From Actibacterium sp. MT2.3-13A (GTDB taxonomy: Bacteria > Pseudomonadota > Alphaproteobacteria > Rhodobacterales > Rhodobacteraceae), in the NCBI RefSeq assembly GCF_018139985.1, contig NZ_JAGSOU010000003.1, forward strand, positions 198,663 to 222,662: a stretch of DNA of 24,000 bases, written 5' to 3'. Shown here piece after piece: positions 15,581-23,683 of the stretch. The notes below the pieces were generated by a model. That model was not told where the DNA came from, did not search any database, and saw only the letters and a list, made by a program, of their open reading frames with translations. How positions within the stretch are numbered: position 1 is the first letter of the stretch; the number at the start of each line of letters is the position of its first letter. The translations under genes and the position numbers were made by a program.

Positions 15581-17431
15581 TCAGACACGGTCGAGCTGGG
15601 TTCGACGCGGCGTCAGGGTGGCGGCGCGCCCATGCGTATCCTCGCGCGGCCCTTGCGGCGGCGTCCCGAACAGCAGGGCGCGGGCACGGTCCTGGACGGC
15701 CACGAAATGGCCTTCCGCCACCTCGACCATCTCCGCGCGGGCCGGCGCCTGCCTGGCGCGCAGAAGCAGCCTGGGTGGTTGCGGGGCGGCAAGGCTCGGG
15801 CGCCGATCGTCGCGTCGGGACGGATCCGGCACCGGGACGGCCGACAGCAGGCGCTGCGTGTAGGGATGCTGCGGGTTGTGCAGGACTGCCTCGGTGGGGC
15901 CGGTCTCGACGATCTGGCCGGCCCACATGACGGCGACCCGGTGGCTGACCCGCTCGACCACCGCGATGTCGTGAGAGATGAACAGGAACGACACCCCTTC
16001 CTCGTCCTGCAGCCGCGCCATCAGGTCGGTGACCTGGCGCGCGACCGAGACGTCCAGCGCCGACACCGCCTCGTCGGCGACGATCAGGGCGGGCCGCACC
16101 GACAGGGCGCGGGCGATGCACAGCCGCTGGCGCTGCCCGCCCGAGAACTGGTGCGCGAAGCGGTCGGCGGCCTCGGACTCCAGCCCGACCTTTTCCAGCA
16201 ACTCCCCGGCCAGCGCGCGCCGGTCGCGGCGGGACAGGCGGTGATGGATATGGGCCGGCTCGGTGATCAGATCGCGCACCGGAAGGCGCGGGTTGAGGCT
16301 GGCGAAGGGGTCCTGGAAAACCATCTGGGCGCGCTGGCGCAACGGCCGCATTTCGGAGGCGTCTAGGTGGGTGATGTCCTGCCCCTTCAGGCGCAGGCGG
16401 CCTTCGCTGGGTTCGACGAGGCGAAGCACGGCGCGGGCCAGGGTGGATTTGCCACAGCCGGATTCGCCCACAAGTCCCAGCGTCTCGCCCGGGGCGATCG
16501 ACAGCGAAACACCGTTGACCGCGTGGTAATCGAGATGCCCGCCCGGCAGCAGGCCGCGCCGGATCGGAAAGCGTACGGCCAGGTTCTCGACCGTCAGCAC
16601 CGGCGCGGCGGGACGGCGCAGCGGTTTCGGCGCGCCGCTGCCCAGTTTCGGCGTCGCGGCCATCAGCTGCCGGGTGTAGGCCGCGCGGGGGCGGGCGAAC
16701 AGGTCTTCGACCGGCCCCTCTTCGGCTTTTTCCCCCTGTTTCAGCACCACGACCCGGTCGGCGATCTTGGCCACCACGCCCATGTCGTGGGTGATGAACA
16801 GAACGGCCATGCCGATCTCGTCCTGCAGCTGCCGGATCAGCGCCAGGATTTCGGCCTGGGTGGTCACGTCCAGCGCGGTCGTCGGCTCGTCCGCGATCAG
16901 CAGATCGGGCCGGCAGGCCAGCGCCATGGCGATCATCACCCGCTGGCGCAACCCGCCCGAGAGCTCATGCGGGAACTGGTCGAGACGGCGCTCGGCCTCG
17001 GGGATCTTCACCCGCTCGAATGCCTCGCGGGCGGCGGCGCGGGCGGCGGCGGCGTCCAGGCGCTGATGCAGGCGCAGCACCTCGGCCACCTGCTCGCCCA
17101 GCGGCATCACCGGGTTGAGCGCCGTCATCGGCTCCTGAAACACCATCGAGACGCGGTTGCCGCGCACCTGCTGCATCTGCCGGTCGCTCAGCGCCGACAG
17201 CTCCAGCGCGGGGGCGCCATGCAGCGTGATGGTGCCGCCGGCGATGCGCCCGCCCTCGCGCTCGATGAGGCGCAGGAGCGCCAGCGCGGTGGCCGATTTG
17301 CCGGACCCGGATTCGCCGACCAGCGCCACCGTCTCCCCCTTCGCGATGTCGAAGGAAAGGCCCCTGACGGCCTGGTGTGATCCGAAGCTCAGGTGCAGGT
17401 TCTCGACGCTCAGAAGGGGGGTGCGGGGCAT
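15581..17431 (-). CDS. Fused double ATP-binding protein of an Opp/Dpp-type ABC importer (DppD-DppF fusion)
   Basis: 616 aa with two complete ATPase cassettes. The first has [16 protein letters not shown] and [12 protein letters not shown]. The second has [16 protein letters not shown] and [12 protein letters not shown]. The ATG lies 3 nt after the metallophosphoesterase stop (TGAGCCATG). Confidence 0.9.
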   Translation of the reverse strand: MPRTPLLSVENLHLSFGSHQAVRGLSFDIAKGETVALVGESGSGKSATALALLRLIEREGGRIAGGTITLHGAPALELSALSDRQMQQVRGNRVSMVFQEPMTALNPVMPLGEQVAEVLRLHQRLDAAAARAAAREAFERVKIPEAERRLDQFPHELSGGLRQRVMIAMALACRPDLLIADEPTTALDVTTQAEILALIRQLQDEIGMAVLFITHDMGVVAKIADRVVVLKQGEKAEEGPVEDLFARPRAAYTRQLMAATPKLGSGAPKPLRRPAAPVLTVENLAVRFPIRRGLLPGGHLDYHAVNGVSLSIAPGETLGLVGESGCGKSTLARAVLRLVEPSEGRLRLKGQDITHLDASEMRPLRQRAQMVFQDPFASLNPRLPVRDLITEPAHIHHRLSRRDRRALAGELLEKVGLESEAADRFAHQFSGGQRQRLCIARALSVRPALIVADEAVSALDVSVARQVTDLMARLQDEEGVSFLFISHDIAVVERVSHRVAVMWAGQIVETGPTEAVLHNPQHPYTQRLLSAVPVPDPSRRDDRRPSLAAPQPPRLLLRARQAPARAEMVEVAEGHFVAVQDRARALLFGTPPQGPREDTHGRAATLTPRRTQLDRV

Positions 17432-17434
17432 GGC

Positions 17435-18307
17435 TCAGCTCTCGGCTTTGATGTGGCGGGCGCGCAGCTCGGGATGGGCGCGGAAATCGGGCAGGACCGG
17501 GGTCCAGCGCCGGGCGGTGGGGGTGATCTCGGCGCGGTAGGGATCGCGGCCCGCGACCTCCCAGCGCACGGTCTCTCCCAGTTCGATCACGCCCATGGCG
17601 CCGGCGGGGGCGCCTTCGGTGGTGAAGCTTTCGGTCAGAGACTGCTGGGTCAGGTGGGGGATGCCGTCAACGGTGGTGACGGTGTTCCAGTGGACGTGGC
17701 CGGCCAGGCAGACCACAGGCACCCTGGCCTGCGCCAGTGCGGCGCGGGCGCGTTCGGCCATCGGGTAGGTCGCGTTGGACGGGTTGTTCTGGAAATAGTA
17801 GTTGCCGACCTGCGAATGGCCCGAGACCGGCACATGGCTGACCACCAGAAGCGGCCGGTCGGCGGCCTGCACGGTGCGCGACAGCCACAGCAGGTCGGCC
17901 TCGCGCAGCACGAAACCCGAGCGTTCGGCCGTGCGCCGGATGCGGGTGTCGGCGCGCCACAGCACGATGCGCCAGCCGCCGAGGTCATGGGTCTCGTGGC
18001 CCAGAGACTGGCCGAGGATCTGTTCGTTCTCCTCGACGCTGAGGAAATCGCGGTCGTGGTTGCCGTTCAGGTGCCAGATCGGTTTTTCGACCGCGCGGAA
18101 GGCCTCGGCGACCTCGGCCTCCAGCCGCAGGTCGGTGTCGTGGTCTACGTCCGAGATCCGGTCGCCCAGGTCCAGCACATGGCTGACATCGGCGTCGCGG
18201 ACATAGCGGGTGAAGTCCTCCATCAGTCCCATGGCGGCGTCCCCGCGCTTGGTGGCGGAGGGGATGCCGTGGTGGATATCGGCGACGATGGCTAGGCGAA
18301 CGGTCAT
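17435..18307 (-). CDS. Calcineurin-like metallophosphoesterase, cytoplasmic (no signal peptide)
   Basis: 290 aa with all five canonical blocks: IVADIHHG (DxH), DLGDRISD (GDxxD), NGNHD (GNHD/E), VSHVP (H), AGHVHWN (GHxH). It is embedded between the SBP and ATPase genes. Confidence 0.88.
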   Translation of the reverse strand: MTVRLAIVADIHHGIPSATKRGDAAMGLMEDFTRYVRDADVSHVLDLGDRISDVDHDTDLRLEAEVAEAFRAVEKPIWHLNGNHDRDFLSVEENEQILGQSLGHETHDLGGWRIVLWRADTRIRRTAERSGFVLREADLLWLSRTVQAADRPLLVVSHVPVSGHSQVGNYYFQNNPSNATYPMAERARAALAQARVPVVCLAGHVHWNTVTTVDGIPHLTQQSLTESFTTEGAPAGAMGVIELGETVRWEVAGRDPYRAEITPTARRWTPVLPDFRAHPELRARHIKAES

Positions 18308-18342
18308 GGCGGGGGCTTTCCTGAATGGAGGGGAGGGGGGGA

Positions 18343-18365
18343 CCCGCCGCCGGCAGGGCGGCGGG
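18343..18365 (-). terminator. Intra-operon GC stem-loop just downstream of the SBP gene (attenuator or mRNA-stabilising hairpin rather than a full terminator)
   Basis: CCCGCCGCC-GGCAG-GGCGGCGGG, a perfect 9-bp stem located 12 nt after the SBP stop on the minus strand. It is followed by a C-rich tract, not a U-tract. Confidence 0.4.
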
Positions 18366-18376
18366 CCTGTTGGAGC

Positions 18377-19930
18377 TCAGTTCGACGCGAATGAGATCGA
18401 GCCGGCGCGGAAGTCGAGCACATAGGGGATGTGGCCCGGCTTCGGCGCCCAGCTCACGTCCTTGCGCATGGCCCAGCTTTCAAACGGGCGGTAGAGCGGC
18501 AGCACCGGCGGGTCCTGCCTGATGCGCTCCATCAGCTCTGCATAGGCGGCCTTGCGGGCCTCGACGTCCTTCGAGAAGCGGAAGCGTTCCCAGATCTCGG
18601 CGTATTGCGCATCGGTGTTGAAGCGGCCTTCGCCCTCGGAGGGGCCGTTGGGCGCCCACATCACGCCGAAGGAGCCGAACGGGTCGGCGAAATACATCGG
18701 GTTCGACCAGTTGCGGGTCATCATCTCGGGCGAGCGGCCCGACCATTTCTCGGCGATGTTGACGCGGCCCTTGACGCCGACCTCGGCCCACATCTCGGTG
18801 ATGGCCTGCGCGGCCAGCAGACCGTTGGTATAGTAGGTCGGGTGGGTGTCGAAGGTGACCTCGAACCCGTCATAGCCGGCCTCTTTCAGCAGCTGCCTGG
18901 CCTTTTCGGGGTTGTATTCGAAGGTCTTGAGTTCCGGCATGTAGAGGTCGCCGTATTCCTCGAGCGTGTGGGTCGAGGGGACGACCGCCTTGCCCAGCCA
19001 CAGCGCCTCGTTCAGCGTGTCGCGGTCGATGGCGAGGCTCAGCGCCTGGCGGATGCGCGGATCCTTCAGCTTGGGGTGGTTCACGTTCATGATCATGACG
19101 TGGAACAGCGGCGTGGCGCTACCCACGGTGCGGAGGTTCTTGTCGGCCTCGATCAGCGCCAGCTGGTCGGGCGCGATGTTGGTGACGATGTCGGCCTCGC
19201 CGGTCTTCAGCGCGGTCACCCGCGATGCGGTTTCGGGGATGTGCTGAACGGTCGCCTTGGCCAGCGGCGCCTTTTCGCCCCAGAAATCGTCGAAGCGTTC
19301 ATAGACCACGCGCTCGCCCGGCACGAACTCGGCGATGCGGTAGGGGCCGGTCCCCACGGGTGCCAGCGAGAAGGCCTCGAAATCGTCATGCTCGGCCACC
19401 TCGGGATCGCCGGTCAGGGCCTTGGTGTAATCCTCCGGGATGATCATGACCTGCTGCAGGTTCAGCAGGGTCTCCCACAGCGGTTCTTCCTTCTCGACGG
19501 TGACGCGCACGGTCAGGTCATCGACCTTCTCGGCCTTGAGGAAGTTCGACAGCCGATCGCGCGAGCGCACCACATAGGGCGGGAAATCGGCCTGATACAT
19601 GCGGTTGAGCGAGAACACCACGTCGTCGGCGGTCATCGCCTCGCCGTTGTGGAAGGTCACGCCGTCGCGCAGCGTCAGCTCCATGACCTTGGGTTCGACC
19701 AGTTTCCATTCGGTTGCCAGCGCCGGAACCCACTCGGCCTCCAGCTTGTCGTGGTTCTTGCCGATCAGGGTGTCGAAGGCGTTGTAGTAGAATTGCGAGC
19801 CGACGTTGGAATGGTCGCGGCCGGGGTCGAGGTAGCTCGACACGTTGGCGGCGCCGACAGTGATCTCCTGGGCGCAGGCGCCCGAGGCAAGCCCGGCGGC
19901 GAGGGCGGTGGAAAGCAGCAGTTTCAGCAT
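18377..19930 (-). CDS. ABC transporter substrate-binding protein, family 5 (Opp/Dpp/Nik/opine type)
   Basis: 517 aa. Signal peptide MLKLLLSTALAAGLASGACAQ. The body is family-5 in character (VPALATEWK, LRDGVTFHNGE, DDVVFS, GTGPYRI). SD GGAGAA upstream. Confidence 0.92.
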   Translation of the reverse strand: MLKLLLSTALAAGLASGACAQEITVGAANVSSYLDPGRDHSNVGSQFYYNAFDTLIGKNHDKLEAEWVPALATEWKLVEPKVMELTLRDGVTFHNGEAMTADDVVFSLNRMYQADFPPYVVRSRDRLSNFLKAEKVDDLTVRVTVEKEEPLWETLLNLQQVMIIPEDYTKALTGDPEVAEHDDFEAFSLAPVGTGPYRIAEFVPGERVVYERFDDFWGEKAPLAKATVQHIPETASRVTALKTGEADIVTNIAPDQLALIEADKNLRTVGSATPLFHVMIMNVNHPKLKDPRIRQALSLAIDRDTLNEALWLGKAVVPSTHTLEEYGDLYMPELKTFEYNPEKARQLLKEAGYDGFEVTFDTHPTYYTNGLLAAQAITEMWAEVGVKGRVNIAEKWSGRSPEMMTRNWSNPMYFADPFGSFGVMWAPNGPSEGEGRFNTDAQYAEIWERFRFSKDVEARKAAYAELMERIRQDPPVLPLYRPFESWAMRKDVSWAPKPGHIPYVLDFRAGSISFASN

Positions 19931-20004
19931 GTCTTTTCTCCGTGAGGAATGGGTGGACGTTTGAACGGGGCGGGCGTTTCAGCCTCTGTTGTTGGTGTTC
20001 GGGG

Positions 20005-20892
20005 TCATCGCGCGCGCAGCCGCACATCGGCGCCGTCGCGCAGCCAGTCGCCGAGGATCTGCACGGCGAAGGTGACCAGCAGGATCATCATTGCCGGGGC
20101 CGCCACGATCCAGGGGGCGGTCGGCATGTAATCGCGGCCGATGCCGACCATCGACCCCAGCGTCGCGGTGGGCGGCTGCACGCCGAGGCCGAGGAAGGAG
20201 AGCGTGCTTTCCAGCAGCACGATGTTCGACAGCGCCAGCGTGAACTGCACCACCAGCGGCGAGACGATGTTGGGCAGAAGGTGGCGGTGCGCGATGCGCA
20301 GCGGGGCGGCGCCGGCGGCGCGGGCGGCCTCGATGAAGGGCAGCTTCATCAGCCGGCGCACCTCGCCGCGGACGATGCGGGCATATTGCTCCCACCCGGC
20401 CAGGCCCAGAACCAGCACGATCACCTCGATCGAACTGCCGAGGATCGCCAGCAGGAACAGCGCGACCAGGGTGAAGGGCACCGCGATCTGGGTGTCGACC
20501 GCGGCCATGATGCTGGCCTCGGTCCGGCCGCCGACGATCCCGGCCAGCAGGCCCAGCGTGCCGCCGATCAGCAGACCCAGCGTCGCGCCCAGTCCGGCCA
20601 GCATCAGCGTCAGGCGCAGACCGAACAGGCTGCGCGAGAACACGTCGCGGCCCAGCTCGTCGGTGCCCAGCAGGTGCCCGGCCTTCGCCCGCTCGAAGCC
20701 CAGCGGCGGGCGCAGCCGCGCGATCAGGCTTTGCGAATTGGGATCGAACGGGGCGACGATCGGCGCCAGCACGGCCAGCAGGACCAGGCTCAGCCCGATC
20801 ACGATCGCGGCTTTCTGGATGGCATCGGCGCTGCGCCACAGCTGCAGGGCGGCGGCGGGGGCAGAGGGGGCGGGGACGGCGGGGTTCATCAT
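20005..20892 (-). CDS. ABC transporter permease (DppC/OppC-like)
   Basis: 295 aa, multi-pass hydrophobic. N-terminal DppC-type segment IVAPFDPNSQSL and EAA-loop region FIEAARAAGAAPLRIAHRHLLPNI. It starts 6 nt after the upstream permease stop. Confidence 0.9.
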   Translation of the reverse strand: MMNPAVPAPSAPAAALQLWRSADAIQKAAIVIGLSLVLLAVLAPIVAPFDPNSQSLIARLRPPLGFERAKAGHLLGTDELGRDVFSRSLFGLRLTLMLAGLGATLGLLIGGTLGLLAGIVGGRTEASIMAAVDTQIAVPFTLVALFLLAILGSSIEVIVLVLGLAGWEQYARIVRGEVRRLMKLPFIEAARAAGAAPLRIAHRHLLPNIVSPLVVQFTLALSNIVLLESTLSFLGLGVQPPTATLGSMVGIGRDYMPTAPWIVAAPAMMILLVTFAVQILGDWLRDGADVRLRAR

Positions 20893-20898
20893 GGGAGA

Positions 20899-21828
20899 TC
20901 AGCCTTTCACGGTATGGCGCAGGCGCGGATCGGCCCAGGCATAGGCAAGATCGACGGCGGCATTGATCACGATCACGGCCAGCGCGACGGTCAGCACGCC
21001 GAACTGCAGCACAGGGTAGTCGCGGCGCAGCGCCGAACTGACCAGCAGGTCGCCGATCCCCGGCCAGGCGAAGATCGCCTCGATCACGACCGAGCCCGAT
21101 GCCGCCAGCCCCGCCACCTGCAACCCGATGACCGACAGGATGGTGATGCCGGCGTTGCGCAGCCCGTGCCGCAAGATCACGGCGTTCTCGGGCAGGCCCT
21201 TGGCGCGCGCCGTGCGCATGAAATCCTGTCCCAGCACGTCCAGCATGGCGTTGCGGGTGAAGCGGGTCAGCGCCGCGATCAGCACGCCCGCCAGCGCGAC
21301 GGTCGGCATGATGAAATGCAAAGCCGTGCCGTTGCCGACCACCGGCAGCCAGTTGAGCCAGTAGGAGAAGAGGAGCACCATCACGATGGCGAGGACGAAA
21401 TTCGGCACCGCGTAGCCGAGGAAGGCCACGACCATCACCGCGCTGCCGATCCAGCTCTTGCGCCAGATGGCCGCCGCGATGCCCAGCGGGATCGACACCA
21501 GAACGGTCAGGCCCACCGCGGACAGCAGCAGTTGCGTCGAGGGCCAGATGCGCTCCAGCACCATTTCAGACACCGGCCGCCTTTCGATGAAGGACAGGCC
21601 GAACTGGCCATCGGTGAAGGCCCGCAGGAAGGCGAGGTACTGGGACCAGATCGGCCGGTCCAGTTCGTAGTATTTGATGAGCAGATCGCGATCCTCGGTG
21701 GTCATCCCCTCGCCGATCACGAAGTCCACCGCGTTGCCCGACAGGCGGGTTGCGAAGAACACGATGGTCACGATCACGAAGAAGGTCAGGACCATGCGGA
21801 TCAGGGTTCGCAGGGCGTAGCTCAACAT
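20899..21828 (-). CDS. ABC transporter permease (DppB/OppB-like)
   Basis: I chose the ATG at 21828 (MLSYALRTLIRMVLTFFVIVTIVFFATRL...), giving 310 aa. EAA loop: FMRTARAKGLPENAVILRHGLRNA. The track ORF start at 22065 adds 79 Arg/Gly-rich residues that overlap the HAD gene out of frame. Confidence 0.9.
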   Translation of the reverse strand: MLSYALRTLIRMVLTFFVIVTIVFFATRLSGNAVDFVIGEGMTTEDRDLLIKYYELDRPIWSQYLAFLRAFTDGQFGLSFIERRPVSEMVLERIWPSTQLLLSAVGLTVLVSIPLGIAAAIWRKSWIGSAVMVVAFLGYAVPNFVLAIVMVLLFSYWLNWLPVVGNGTALHFIMPTVALAGVLIAALTRFTRNAMLDVLGQDFMRTARAKGLPENAVILRHGLRNAGITILSVIGLQVAGLAASGSVVIEAIFAWPGIGDLLVSSALRRDYPVLQFGVLTVALAVIVINAAVDLAYAWADPRLRHTVKG

Positions 21829-22592
21829 GTGCAGGCTCCGGTCTTGGCTGGAAGGGAGGGCTCTTCGCCCGGGCGCGTCAGACGTATGAACTCGACCCCG
21901 ACCGCCGCGGCGGCCGCGCCGTCGGTTTCGGCGGTGTCGCCGATGAAGACGGCCGCCCCGGCGGTGACGCCGGCGCGGCGCAGCGCCTCGCGCGGCAGAT
22001 CGGGGGCCGGCTTGCCCAGGCTGGGCGCCCGGACCTGCGGCACCACCGCGGCCACCGCCGCCCACAGCGCCCCGGTCTCGGGCTGCGGCGTGCCGTCGGC
22101 GCCCGGATGGCTGGTATCGGGATTGGTCAGGGTGACGGGCACGCCGGCATGGGCGAAGGCGGCGATGCGGGCGATGTCGGAAAAGCTCAGCGAGGGGTCG
22201 CGCGCCAGCACCACCGCCTCGGGCCGCGCGCGGTCGGGGCGCAGACCCAGCGCGCGCGAGAGATCCTGAAGCGGCTCGGCCGCATAGAGCGCGACCCGCG
22301 CCCCGGGGCGTGCCGCCTGCAGCGCGCGCAGCGTCATCTCGCCGGCCAGCAGGATCCGTTCGGGCGGCAGGGCCAGGCCCAGGGCCGCCAGCCGGGCCGA
22401 CAGGCTCTGCGCGGTGTCAGAGGAATTGTTGGACACGATCCAAAGCCGCTCGCCGCAACGCGCGAAAAGCTCGGGCACGTCCGGCAGCACCGTTTCCCCG
22501 GAGATGAGACAGCCGTCCAGATCGGCCAGTATGGCGGCCCGGTCCGGCCAGGGACCGTCGAGGAAACGCTGCAATCGGACCGGTTGGTGCAT
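21822..22592 (-). CDS. HAD-superfamily hydrolase, subfamily IIA (NagD/sugar- or nucleotide-phosphatase-like)
   Basis: I chose the ATG at 22592 (MHQPVRLQRF...) with SD GGAGAG 8 nt upstream, giving 257 aa. HAD motifs: I ADLDGCL, II IVSNNSS, III SLGKPAP, IV FIGDTAETDG. The stop overlaps the permease start by 7 nt (ATGTTGA). Confidence 0.8.
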   Translation of the reverse strand: MHQPVRLQRFLDGPWPDRAAILADLDGCLISGETVLPDVPELFARCGERLWIVSNNSSDTAQSLSARLAALGLALPPERILLAGEMTLRALQAARPGARVALYAAEPLQDLSRALGLRPDRARPEAVVLARDPSLSFSDIARIAAFAHAGVPVTLTNPDTSHPGADGTPQPETGALWAAVAAVVPQVRAPSLGKPAPDLPREALRRAGVTAGAAVFIGDTAETDGAAAAAVGVEFIRLTRPGEEPSLPAKTGACTC

Positions 22593-22702
22593 GCCAATAA
22601 CTCTCCGTTCGGGGAAACGCCCCGTCTGCGCCTTGCCGGCGCTGTCTTCGATGGTCTCTGGGTCGGCGCTGTGCCGGCTGTGAGAAGAGATATGGCGCCC
22701 GA

Positions 22703-22722
22703 CTGTAACCGTACCGTTACAG
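22703..22722. promoter_or_regulatory. LysR-box-like palindrome in the divergent HAD-operon / LysR intergenic region
   Basis: CTGTAAC-CGTACC-GTTACAG has 7-bp perfect arms and a 6-nt spacer. By my count it is T-N12-A rather than the canonical T-N11-A. It ends 10 nt before the LysR ATG. Confidence 0.45.
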
Positions 22723-22732
22723 GTGAAAGCAT

Positions 22733-23659
22733 ATGTTCCGGGGCATGAAGTCATCGGTTTCAGAATCGGCCACGGGCCTCTCGCTTTCGCGTTTGCGCGC
22801 GCTGACGGCGGTCGCCGAGGAAGGATCGTATTCCGCTGCGGCCCGTCGAATCGGGATTTCGCACACTGCGGTGGCCCAGCAGATCCGCGATCTGGAGCGG
22901 ATCCACGACATCCACCTGTTCGATCGCCTGCGCGGGGTGCTGCGCCCCACGCCCGCCTGCCTGGAACTGTGCGACATCGGCAACCGCATGCAGCAGGCCG
23001 CGCGCGACGCCGCGCGCGTGCTGGCGCGTCGCGGTCCGTCGGGCAAGCACCGGCTGCGGGTCGGTCTGGGGAACTCGATGCCGGGGATCGCCATCGTCGG
23101 ACATGTGCTGAAACTGCACCCGACGCTGACGGTGTCGGTCGAAAGTGGCTCGCATCAGGACATCATGGCGGCGGTGTCCCGGCGCGAGGTCGATGTCGCC
23201 GTCCTGCCCGACCTGCCCGCCGACCCGCGCTTTCGGCGCGCGCCCGTCCTGTCGCAAGAGGTGGTCGCGATCGTCTCGCCCGAAAGCCCGATGGCGGAAT
23301 GCAGCGACGTGACGCTGGAGCATCTGGCGCAGAACCCGCTGGTGTTCCGCTCCCCTGGGTCGTCGACCCAGAAGATCGTGGACCGCGGCTTCCGCCAGGC
23401 GGGCCTCGAGCCCGAGCCGCGGCTGACAGCGGATACCCGGGACGCCGTCTATGAGGCGGTCGCTCTCGGAATCGGGGTCGGGTTCATGTGGCGCTTCGGA
23501 ACCTACCGTTCGGATATCGTGCGCCGTGTGCCGGTCCCGGAATTTCGTTCGACCGTGGACGAGGTGGTGTTCGCCCTTGCCGATGAACGGAACCCGCTCG
23601 TCGATCTGTTCTTCAACGTTGCCGGGCAGTTCCGGCCGGAGGCGATGATGCGGGGTTGA
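22733..23659 (+). CDS. LysR-family transcriptional regulator, divergent from the importer/phosphohydrolase operon
   Basis: 308 aa. N-terminal wHTH LSRLRALTAVAEEGSYSAAARRIGISHTAVAQQIRDLERIHDIHLFDR, followed by an LTTR-like periplasmic-binding-protein-type effector domain. Alternative start at M5 (22745). Confidence 0.9.
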   Translation: MFRGMKSSVSESATGLSLSRLRALTAVAEEGSYSAAARRIGISHTAVAQQIRDLERIHDIHLFDRLRGVLRPTPACLELCDIGNRMQQAARDAARVLARRGPSGKHRLRVGLGNSMPGIAIVGHVLKLHPTLTVSVESGSHQDIMAAVSRREVDVAVLPDLPADPRFRRAPVLSQEVVAIVSPESPMAECSDVTLEHLAQNPLVFRSPGSSTQKIVDRGFRQAGLEPEPRLTADTRDAVYEAVALGIGVGFMWRFGTYRSDIVRRVPVPEFRSTVDEVVFALADERNPLVDLFFNVAGQFRPEAMMRG

Positions 23660-23665
23660 TATCTC

Positions 23666-23683
23666 CCCGGCCCCGGGGCCGGG
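23666..23683 (+). terminator. Possible stem-loop after the LysR stop
   Basis: Perfect 18-nt GC palindrome CCCGGCCCCGGGGCCGGG starting 7 nt after the stop, with no T-tract. Confidence 0.3.

Noticed and set aside
21829-22065. Upstream extension of the DppB-like permease ORF (track start 22065), and likewise the extensions of the HAD ORF (to 22754), the iorA-like ORF (to 12231) and paaD (to 8859).
   Set aside because: The extensions are Arg/Gly-rich or otherwise non-protein-like and overlap the neighbouring gene or promoter region. In each case an internal ATG is preceded by a good SD at the point where family-typical sequence begins.
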